64,000 nt of DNA from Planctomycetota bacterium (lineage in GTDB: Bacteria > Planctomycetota > UBA8108 > SXIK01), in the NCBI GenBank assembly GCA_965223845.1, contig CBDCXR010000004.1, forward strand, positions 4,224,001-4,288,000. The letters are read 5' to 3'. Shown piece by piece: positions 48,205 to 56,235 of this stretch (its first letter is position 1; the number at the start of each line of letters is the position of its first letter). The position numbers and the translations under genes were made by a program. Under the pieces are notes generated by a model. That model worked only from the letters and a program-made list of their open reading frames with translations. It ran no database searches and was not told the origin of the DNA.

Positions 48205-49617
48205 GTGAGAATCAACCAAGTCATTCGAGTAGTTGGCCTCGTCACCAGTCTGTGCATTGGAACGGCCGGCGACGCGCGTGCCGAAGGCAAGCCGATCAAG
48301 GTCTTCATCCTTTCCGGCCAGTCCAACATGGTCGGAGCCGGCAAGGTGACCGGAGGCGGGCGCCGCTGGGGATCGGAGATTTCCGATCCGGTGGTGTCCG
48401 TTTACGAGGGCGACTACGATTCGAAGGTCGACTACGACCAGTTGAAGCCGATCGAGACGCTGAAGCTCGAGAAGTTCGGTGGTGTCCGACCGACGCCCTA
48501 CCCGAAAGGTGGCACGCGAGTGACGCGCGGCTTCGTCACAGTGAAGGAGACCGGGAGCTATCAGTTCCGGCCCGGCTACGGCGGCTCCATGGACAACATC
48601 ATGGAGGTCGACGGCAAGGTGGTGCACCGAAAGAAGCCCGGCGAGGAGGCGGTGCGAGCCGAAGTCCGGTTGACCGGCGGAGAGAGAGTCCCGTTCAAGA
48701 TCACGTACGTGACGAAGAACGCGGATGGTCTCGGTTGGATCGACCGGATGGATGTTCCCGGCGCGCTCTCGACGTTGGTGAATCACAAGGGAATGTATCC
48801 CTACCTGAAGAACGACGAGGGTCAGTGGGTGGCGCGCGATGATGTCTGGTACAAGGGCGTGATCGCGGCCGGCGGAAGCCACTGGCTAGGCGTCCGCTCC
48901 GGCAGGATCGGACCGGAGCTGGGCTTCGGGCACGTTGTCGGCAACGAGATCGACGAGCCGGTGCTCGTTCTGAAGACCTCGCAGGGAAACCGTTCCCTCG
49001 GCTGGGACTTTCTCCCTCCCGGCAGCGAGTCCTACGAATACGGGGACAAGGTCTACGCCGGGTACAAGCAATCGCCGTCGTCATGGGACAAGGGGAGCGA
49101 ACCGAAGCCGATCAATTGGTACGCCGGCAAGCAATACGACGATTGTTTCGGATCCGCCCGCGAAGTGCTCAAGAACTTCGACGAGCAGTTCCCCCACTGG
49201 AAAGGACGTGGCTACGAGATCGTGGGCTTCGGCTGGTGGCAGGGCGACAAGGACCGCTACAACGCGGGACACGCGTCCCGATACGAGAAGAACCTCGTCC
49301 ACCTCATCAAGACGCTCCGCGAGGAGTTCGAAGCTCCGAAGGCCAAGTTCGTCATCGCCACCCTCGGACAAACCGCGAAGGACATCACGCCGGCCAACGA
49401 TCAGCAGAGAAACGAGAAGCTGATCCTCGAGGCCCAGCTCGCGGTGGATGGCGCGGCCGGCAAGTATCCGGAATTCAAGGGCAACGTCGCCACCGTCTAT
49501 ACTCACCCGCTCAGCCAGGGCGGCGCATCGAACAGCCACTACAACGGCAACGCCCAGACCTACATGGACGTCGGGCTCGCGATGGGTGAGGCGATGGCGA
49601 AGTTGCTCGCTGAATGA
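48205..49617 (+). CDS. Secreted SASA/sialate O-acetylesterase family (SGNH) protein with a PA14-like insert
   Basis: VFILSGQSNM, IGPELGFG, WWQGDKD and SHYNGNA motifs. Confidence 0.85.
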   Translation: MRINQVIRVVGLVTSLCIGTAGDARAEGKPIKVFILSGQSNMVGAGKVTGGGRRWGSEISDPVVSVYEGDYDSKVDYDQLKPIETLKLEKFGGVRPTPYPKGGTRVTRGFVTVKETGSYQFRPGYGGSMDNIMEVDGKVVHRKKPGEEAVRAEVRLTGGERVPFKITYVTKNADGLGWIDRMDVPGALSTLVNHKGMYPYLKNDEGQWVARDDVWYKGVIAAGGSHWLGVRSGRIGPELGFGHVVGNEIDEPVLVLKTSQGNRSLGWDFLPPGSESYEYGDKVYAGYKQSPSSWDKGSEPKPINWYAGKQYDDCFGSAREVLKNFDEQFPHWKGRGYEIVGFGWWQGDKDRYNAGHASRYEKNLVHLIKTLREEFEAPKAKFVIATLGQTAKDITPANDQQRNEKLILEAQLAVDGAAGKYPEFKGNVATVYTHPLSQGGASNSHYNGNAQTYMDVGLAMGEAMAKLLAE

Positions 49618-49632
49618 CCATCGCTTCGTTGC

Positions 49633-49660
49633 TCCGGTAGGCGTCTGACCGCCTACCGGA
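49633..49660. repeat. Intergenic perfect hairpin (REP-like or terminator)
   Basis: TCCGGTAGGCG-tctgac-CGCCTACCGGA, 11-bp stem just after the stop codon. Confidence 0.5.
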
Positions 49661-49760
49661 TGGAGGCCGAAGAGCTGGTCGCGGCCCCGATCAAAGCTCA
49701 GCCGAGTGATCGGGGGCGGAGAAGCGGGACGACTCGGAGTGTAAACCAGAGAGTGAAACG

Positions 49761-52292
49761 ATGAGAACGACGAGAAAAAGCTCCCCTGCCTTTGGGAACC
49801 GACTCAAGGGAACGCTGTTGCTTTGCATCTCTCTTGTCAGCGCCGCGAGCGTGGCAGCCGACGTGCCCGCGGTCTTGCCGCGGCCCGACCAGACTCCGCC
49901 CTCGAAGGGTAAGGTCAAGGTCTACGTCCTGGCGGGGCAATCCAACATGGTCGGCTTCGGATATCTCCAGGGAGCCCGCCCCGTCTATCCGAGCATCTAC
50001 CTCTCGGCAGATCCGAACATCAAGATCGGTCGCATGCCGGTTGGCCCATCGGCACTGTTGCGGCACGGGATCTATCAGGCGGCCGACAGCGATGCCATGG
50101 GCGCCAAGGTTGCCATCTATCCGGGGGCGTACAAGGAGGGCGCGGACTACAGCGCGTTGACGCCCGTCAAAGAGACGACCGTTGCCCTCGGCACGGTGGC
50201 CGCTCGGTTACCCGCGATCGATGCGCCTCACACGGTGGTCGCGAGAGCGTTCATCGATGTCCCCATGAGCGGAACTCACGAGCTTCACCCCGGCTTCGAG
50301 GAGAGCACTCAGGCCGTCGTTTCCCTCGAGGGCCGGGAGGTCTACCGCAAGGATCCCGGCAAAGACGCGGTGGTGACGCCGGTCTCCCTGGAACGAGGCA
50401 AGCGATACCCGATCGCCATCACGTACATGAAGGGGGGATCTGCGGCCTTCTGGCTCAAGCAGATCGATCTCAAGGGCAAGGGCGATCTCATCACTCTGAT
50501 CGAGGACGGCAAGTACACCTGGTTCGCCGACGCCGAGGGCAAGTGGACCGTCCGCAACGACGTGACCTACTGGGAGACGCGCATCTCCAAAAAAGAAGGC
50601 GGCAGCGGAGGACCGCTCTCGACGACCTCCAACGGCAGGTTCATCGGTCCCGAAGTTCCCTTCGGCTACGTGATGGGAACCTACCACGACGAGCCGGTGC
50701 TGCTGATCGAATCATCGATGGGCAACCGGGCGCTCAGCTTCGACTTTCGTCCGCCTTCCAGCGGGAAGACCGAGGAAGAAAAAGCCAACGAATATTGCGG
50801 TTACGAGTACGACGCCATGGTTCGGGGCGTACACACCACGCTCGAGAACATCGAGAAGGTGGTGCCGAGCTACGAGGGGCAAGGCTACGAGATCGCCGGC
50901 TTCGTCTGGTTCCAGGGGCACAAGGACAAGAACGTTCCCAAGGCGGTCTACGAGAAACACCTCGTGAATCTCATTCAGGACCTGCGCAAGGAATTCAAGA
51001 CTCCGGAAATGCCGGCGGTAGTGGCCACGGTCGGCTTCGGCGGAATGGACATGGATCCCGGCCACTTCATGACTTGGGAGGCCCAGATGGCGGTCGGCGA
51101 TCCGGAGCAGCATCCCGAGTTCGCCGGCAAAGTGGCCACCGTGGACACCCGTGGATTCTGGAGGTCTCGGGGAGAGTCACCGACGGGCACTGGCTACCAC
51201 TACAACCACAATGCAGAGACCTACGTTCTCATCGGCGACGCGCTCGGGCGCGCCATGGTGCGGTTGCTCGGCGGCACGGCGGAGAAGCTGATCGTTCCGG
51301 CGGAGCCGAAGCAGCACCCGGACGTCGCGACGATCTATTCGGATGCGGTAACGGGTCGCTTCAACAAGAGAGGTCCTCACTACGGCCCCGAGTACTACCG
51401 GGCGATGGGTCAGGCGCTGAAGCCGATCATCATGGACGAGATGGTCCCGGGATTCCTGGAGTCAGCGCTCGGTCCCAAGAGCCGCGGCGCACTCAAGGGG
51501 ATCGTGTCCGGCGAAAAGCCGAAGCGAATGCCGGCCGACATTCGCACCGAGCTCGACACTCTCATCGATTACTACGATATGGCGGGAGTTCCGGGCTACG
51601 GGTGGAAGCCTTTCGGCGAAATGCGCAAGGCTCGCTGGTCGTACTTCAGTTTCGATCCACCGGAAAAGCAGGAACTTACCAAGAGCGATCGCTACCGCGA
51701 GATCACCTTCCCGAAGGGAACGGAGAGCTGGTTCGAGAAGAACTTCGATCCGGACAAGGCCGGTTGGAAGACCGGCAGAGCTCCTTTCGGGCAGATGGGC
51801 GGCAAGCTCGACAGACGGCGTCCCCGGTGCAACGGATCTCTCTGCGGTTGCAGTGAGATGCCGGTCACGCTCTGGGAAAAGGAGGTCCTGCTCATGCGGA
51901 AAACCTTCGACCTCCCGCCGATCAAGAAAGGACACGTCTATCGTTTGATCCTGGGCGGGGCGGGATGCGATCGCTCGGGTGAGGGCTTTGCCATCTACGT
52001 CAACGGGAAGTTGCTAACCCAGGTGAACGGCGGCTTCTTTCGCTATTCCGGCATTCGAGGTGCATATCTCTTCGAAGACATCCGGCCGGAATTCGAGAGC
52101 GGCAGGGTGACGATCTCGATCATCAACTTCCTGCGCTATACGCACTTCAGAAACAAGACCACCTACTTCGGGCCCCATCCCGATTACTACGCCAAGCCCG
52201 TGCCTCCCAATGGCCACGTCGACCTGTGGATGGAGGAGGCGAGACTTTCCCCCGCTGTTCTCGAGGCGGCGGAAGCCGCTAGAGGCGACTGA
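49761..52292 (+). CDS. Secreted SASA/sialate O-acetylesterase family protein with a PA14-like insert and C-terminal beta-sandwich
   Basis: VYVLAGQSNM, IGPEVPFG, WFQGHKD and YHYNHNA motifs; paralogous to the upstream gene. Confidence 0.85.
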   Translation: MRTTRKSSPAFGNRLKGTLLLCISLVSAASVAADVPAVLPRPDQTPPSKGKVKVYVLAGQSNMVGFGYLQGARPVYPSIYLSADPNIKIGRMPVGPSALLRHGIYQAADSDAMGAKVAIYPGAYKEGADYSALTPVKETTVALGTVAARLPAIDAPHTVVARAFIDVPMSGTHELHPGFEESTQAVVSLEGREVYRKDPGKDAVVTPVSLERGKRYPIAITYMKGGSAAFWLKQIDLKGKGDLITLIEDGKYTWFADAEGKWTVRNDVTYWETRISKKEGGSGGPLSTTSNGRFIGPEVPFGYVMGTYHDEPVLLIESSMGNRALSFDFRPPSSGKTEEEKANEYCGYEYDAMVRGVHTTLENIEKVVPSYEGQGYEIAGFVWFQGHKDKNVPKAVYEKHLVNLIQDLRKEFKTPEMPAVVATVGFGGMDMDPGHFMTWEAQMAVGDPEQHPEFAGKVATVDTRGFWRSRGESPTGTGYHYNHNAETYVLIGDALGRAMVRLLGGTAEKLIVPAEPKQHPDVATIYSDAVTGRFNKRGPHYGPEYYRAMGQALKPIIMDEMVPGFLESALGPKSRGALKGIVSGEKPKRMPADIRTELDTLIDYYDMAGVPGYGWKPFGEMRKARWSYFSFDPPEKQELTKSDRYREITFPKGTESWFEKNFDPDKAGWKTGRAPFGQMGGKLDRRRPRCNGSLCGCSEMPVTLWEKEVLLMRKTFDLPPIKKGHVYRLILGGAGCDRSGEGFAIYVNGKLLTQVNGGFFRYSGIRGAYLFEDIRPEFESGRVTISIINFLRYTHFRNKTTYFGPHPDYYAKPVPPNGHVDLWMEEARLSPAVLEAAEAARGD

Positions 52293-52342
52293 GTAGGACT
52301 TCCCGATTCGATCATCTTCGGTCGGAACGGGACGAGCGGACG

Positions 52343-53578
52343 ATGGACAAGATCAACAAACGCGAGTTCCTCAAGCGGGCGACGCTGCTCGGGGCGGGAG
52401 CAGTCGTCCCAGCGTCCGCGGCCGAGGACGCGCCTGCTCCGGCGAGCAGTCCGCCCTCGACGGACATCGTTGACGAGCGATTCGCATCCACCACGGGTCG
52501 TCAGTTCGGATCTCAGGTGATCCATCACGGCGAGGCGGACGGTTACCAAGTCACACCGATCAGCCAGGACAAGGCGTCCCCGAGCTACCAACGGCCCGGC
52601 AATCTGCACAATCCGACCGTTGCCGCCTTGTTGCGCAAAGTACTGGAAACGGAGGGTTCCGAAGCGGCAGTGGGAGGAGCCTGCGGCATGAGCGTCATCT
52701 CGCAGACCTACACGGCGCTGCTGAGGCCAGGGGATCGCGTGGTGGTTCACCGCTGCAACTACGACTGGGTGATGACCCTGTTCCGCGATTTCTTACCGGC
52801 TTGGAACGTCGACGTTCAGTTCGTGGATCTGACCGATCCCGAGAACCTGGTGAGGTCTCTGAAGGCCAAGCCCGCCGAGTTCGTCCACTGGGAACCCTAC
52901 GTGAACCCGACGATGGAGGTGTTGGACACGCCCTCCCTGATCAAGATCGCCAAGGCGGCTGGCGCTACGGTGATCGTAGACAACACCTGGCTGACTCCCT
53001 ACCTGCTGCAGCCCTTTCGCATGGGCGCCGACCTGGTGATTCACAGCCTAACGAAGTACATGGGCGGTCACGGCAATGCCATGGGCGGCGTGGTCTCCGG
53101 CCGGAGCGCTCTCGTGAAAAGGATCGAAGCGGCGCAAAACTGGATGGGCGGCTTGTTGAGGCCCATGGACGCCTTTCTCGTCACGCAGGGAGTGAAAACG
53201 CTTCCCTTGCGGATGCGCCAGCATTCCCGTTCCGCACAAATGGTTGCCGAGTTTCTCCAGTCGCATCCGGCGGTTGCCCGCGTGCGCTATGGCGGCCTGC
53301 CGGCTTGGAACCCGCGTGCTGAGTCCGGCTCTCCGAAGGCGTTCGGCGGCATGCTGGGCGTCGAATGGAAAAAGGACGTCGTCCATCGAGACTTGGGCAA
53401 GCACGTCGAGCTGATCCTCAATGCCACGAGCTTGGGCGACCCGGTCACCAGGATCACGCGGCGCGACGAGGAGACGTCCCGCGGGATACCCGCGCGATTC
53501 ACACGCGTTTCGATCGGATTGGAAGAAACGGCAGACTTGATCGCCGACTTCGATCAAGCGATCGCGCGGTGTGGGTAG
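52343..53578 (+). CDS. PLP-dependent Cys/Met metabolism (trans-sulfuration) enzyme with Tat-like leader
   Basis: ACGMSVI, VDNTWLTP, HSLTKYMGGH (PLP lysine), TSLGD and RVSIGLE motifs; N-terminal NKREFLK plus hydrophobic ASA. Confidence 0.88.
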   Translation: MDKINKREFLKRATLLGAGAVVPASAAEDAPAPASSPPSTDIVDERFASTTGRQFGSQVIHHGEADGYQVTPISQDKASPSYQRPGNLHNPTVAALLRKVLETEGSEAAVGGACGMSVISQTYTALLRPGDRVVVHRCNYDWVMTLFRDFLPAWNVDVQFVDLTDPENLVRSLKAKPAEFVHWEPYVNPTMEVLDTPSLIKIAKAAGATVIVDNTWLTPYLLQPFRMGADLVIHSLTKYMGGHGNAMGGVVSGRSALVKRIEAAQNWMGGLLRPMDAFLVTQGVKTLPLRMRQHSRSAQMVAEFLQSHPAVARVRYGGLPAWNPRAESGSPKAFGGMLGVEWKKDVVHRDLGKHVELILNATSLGDPVTRITRRDEETSRGIPARFTRVSIGLEETADLIADFDQAIARCG

Positions 53579-53686
53579 GATCGGCGGGGGCGCTGGGCGC
53601 GGGGCGGGATCGCCGCGACGTCAGAATCTGCTTCGCGCCCCCAAAAAAAACCCGGCGCGATCCACTTTTTCTTGTGGCGCGCATTG

Positions 53687-53701
53687 GTTTAGCTGCTAAA
53701 C
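53687..53701. promoter_or_regulatory. Palindromic operator 1, GTTTAG-N3-CTAAAC (putative MarR site)
   Basis: GTTTAGctgCTAAAC, 7 bp before the marR ATG; recurs before both SDR genes. Confidence 0.85.
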
Positions 53702-53708
53702 TTTTGGC

Positions 53709-54176
53709 ATGTCGCTCACACCGAGAACTCGCCCAGTCGTGATGCAGCTCACCCGGCTCGTAAATGTCTGGAAAGCCTACGACCGCCTCGGACACGAGGT
53801 GGCGGGCGAACACCTGACGGCCGGCGAGATGCAAACGATCAAGGTAGCGGCGGAATTCCCCGAGCTGAACACCACCGAGCTCGCCGAAGAGCTCGGTGTC
53901 ACGAAAGGGGCGATCTCTCAGGCCATCAGCAAGCTCGTCGACCGAGGCCTGCTCGAGCGCTACCGAGAATCTGACGACGAGCGCAACACCTTCACGCGAC
54001 TGACCAAAAAAGGCGCGCGGATTTACGACAAGCATTCCCAGAGTTACGAGAAGGACATTCGCGCGTTCGATGCCCTGCTCAAGGAGGCAGACCCGAGTCA
54101 CGTGGACTTCATGCTCGAGTTCGTGAGCAAGGTCGAGGGGTTCTTTCGCCAGCAGTTGACGGGAACCGACCGGTAG
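53709..54176 (+). CDS. MarR family transcriptional regulator
   Basis: TTELAEELGVTKGAISQAISKLVDRGLL...DERNTFTRLTKKG winged HTH. Confidence 0.92.
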   Translation: MSLTPRTRPVVMQLTRLVNVWKAYDRLGHEVAGEHLTAGEMQTIKVAAEFPELNTTELAEELGVTKGAISQAISKLVDRGLLERYRESDDERNTFTRLTKKGARIYDKHSQSYEKDIRAFDALLKEADPSHVDFMLEFVSKVEGFFRQQLTGTDR

Positions 54177-54195
54177 ATTTTTTTTTGGACCATTT

Positions 54196-54210
54196 GTTTA
54201 GTAGCTAAAC
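54196..54210. promoter_or_regulatory. Palindromic operator 2
   Basis: GTTTAGtagCTAAAC upstream of the SDR1 RBS. Confidence 0.85.
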
Positions 54211-54229
54211 CTAAGAGAGGAACGACCAC

Positions 54230-55087
54230 ATGCAGAAGGCCAACAAGACCGTCCTGATCACGGGCTGCTCGAGCGGCTTCGGGAAGCTTGCTGCGAGGAC
54301 GTTTTGGGACAGGGGCTGGAATGTCGTGGCGACCATGCGGAACCCGGGGAAGGAAACGGAACTCACGCGACTTGAAGGGCTGCTCGTCACCAGACTCGAC
54401 GTGACGGACGTCGAGAGCATCCGCGAAGCCGTCGACGCTGTGATCGAACGCTTCGGCTCGATCGACGTTTTGGTCAATAACGCAGGATACGGCGGTCACG
54501 CTCTCTTCGAGCAAATGAGCGACGACGCGATTCGCCGAATGTACGACACGAACGTCCTCGGCGTGATGAACGTGACCCGGGCGGTGCTGCCCGCCATGCG
54601 ACGGCAGAACGAAGGAACCGTCATCAACGTCACATCGATGGTCGGGCTGATGGGCGCGCCCACAATTTCCGTCTACACCTCGACGAAATTCGCCGTCGAA
54701 GGGCTGTCGGAAGCGATGGCTCTCGAATACCAGCCTCTGAACATCTCGGTGAAGACGGTTGCACCGGGCGCCTACCCAACGACTCGATTCACCGTGAACA
54801 CTGACGACGACCTGAACGCTGGCGGTGAAGAACTCGCCTCCTACGCGAAGAGTCTCTACGCCCATTTGCAGGGCGTTGTGCAGGGCATGTCGGCTCAAGG
54901 CGGAAAGGAAGCGGATCCGCAGGAGGTTGCCGACAAGATCTACGAATGCGCGACGACGGAAACGCCCGTGCATAACCCGGTCGGTGCCGACGCGGAGATG
55001 CTCGCCGAGATGATGGGCCATGGATCGCGTCACGACTTCTTGAACCACTTGGCAGGTATGGTGCTGCCAGCCCAGAAGACGAGCTGA
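54230..55087 (+). CDS. Short-chain dehydrogenase/reductase
   Basis: TGCSSGFG, NNAG and YTSTK motifs. Confidence 0.95.
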   Translation: MQKANKTVLITGCSSGFGKLAARTFWDRGWNVVATMRNPGKETELTRLEGLLVTRLDVTDVESIREAVDAVIERFGSIDVLVNNAGYGGHALFEQMSDDAIRRMYDTNVLGVMNVTRAVLPAMRRQNEGTVINVTSMVGLMGAPTISVYTSTKFAVEGLSEAMALEYQPLNISVKTVAPGAYPTTRFTVNTDDDLNAGGEELASYAKSLYAHLQGVVQGMSAQGGKEADPQEVADKIYECATTETPVHNPVGADAEMLAEMMGHGSRHDFLNHLAGMVLPAQKTS

Positions 55088-55116
55088 GAGCCGCTCTCTC
55101 TTTTTTTCGAGTCATA

Positions 55117-55131
55117 GTTTAGCAACTAAAC
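55117..55131. promoter_or_regulatory. Palindromic operator 3
   Basis: GTTTAGcaaCTAAAC upstream of the SDR2 RBS. Confidence 0.85.
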
Positions 55132-55146
55132 CGTAGGAGCAGCGCG

Positions 55147-55974
55147 ATGTCAGTCAGGAACAATAAGGTCGTCCTTGTCACCGGAGCTTCGTCGGGTATC
55201 GGAAAAGAAATCGCGAAACAGCTGCTGGGCGAGGGATACACCGTCTACGCTGCGGCGCGGCGACTCGAGCGAATGCAGGACATCGAGGAGCTGGGCGCCA
55301 TCCCGATTCGGATGGACATCAGCAAGGACGAGGACATCGTCGCTGCTGTTGATCGGATCGCGTCCGGTCACGGCGGAGTGGATGTCCTCGTCAACAACGC
55401 GGGATTCGCCACCTACGGGGCGATGGAGGATACGTCCACGAAAGACGCCCGTTATCAGTTTGAGGTGAATCTGTTCGGTCTATCGCGCCTGACGCAGCTC
55501 CTTCTCCCCCACATGCGCGAGCAACGCTCTGGCACGATCATCAACATCTCGTCGGTCGGCGGAAAGATCTACACGCCGTTGGGCTCCTGGTACCACGCCA
55601 CCAAGCACGCGCTCGAAGGCTGGAGCGATTGCCTGCGCCTCGAGCTGAAGCGGTTCGGGATTCACGTCGTGATCGTGGAGCCTGGAGCCGTCATTACCGA
55701 GTTCGGGGACGTCATGACCGCTCCCATGCTCGAGCGCTCCGGCGACACCGTCTATGCACCACTCGCGAAGCGCGTGGCCGAAATGACCAAGAAAGCGTAC
55801 GAGGGCAGAAGAGGCTCGCCGCCATCCGTCATCGCCGAGGTCATCTCGAAAGCGGTTCGGGCTCCTCGGCCCAAGACACGCTACGCGGCGGGCAAGTACA
55901 GCTTCATGACCCTGTTTCTGCGGCGCTGGCTCAGCGACCGGCTGTTCGACCGTGTCATCATGTCGATGTTGTGA
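55147..55974 (+). CDS. Short-chain dehydrogenase/reductase
   Basis: TGASSGIG, NNAG and YHATK motifs. Confidence 0.95.
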   Translation: MSVRNNKVVLVTGASSGIGKEIAKQLLGEGYTVYAAARRLERMQDIEELGAIPIRMDISKDEDIVAAVDRIASGHGGVDVLVNNAGFATYGAMEDTSTKDARYQFEVNLFGLSRLTQLLLPHMREQRSGTIINISSVGGKIYTPLGSWYHATKHALEGWSDCLRLELKRFGIHVVIVEPGAVITEFGDVMTAPMLERSGDTVYAPLAKRVAEMTKKAYEGRRGSPPSVIAEVISKAVRAPRPKTRYAAGKYSFMTLFLRRWLSDRLFDRVIMSML

Positions 55975-56235
55975 TCGGATTGCGGCGTTTCGAAGCGACG
56001 TCCTCGCGCCGGGCACCAGATCTACGACCAACCGCTCGCGAGCGATCGCGTAGCCGAAAGCGCACGACCGCCGCGGAGCCCGAGCCGCAAAGCTAGCCCC
56101 TCGCGCCTTTTCCGAAGCGCGAGGTGGGCCGCGGACTTGTTATCATCCGGCGTGGAAGATTGAGTCCGCCCGTTGTTCCGGTGCGCGGACTCCTGAGGGA
56201 TCGTTCCCAATCGCGAGCCTTCTCAGTCGAGAGTC

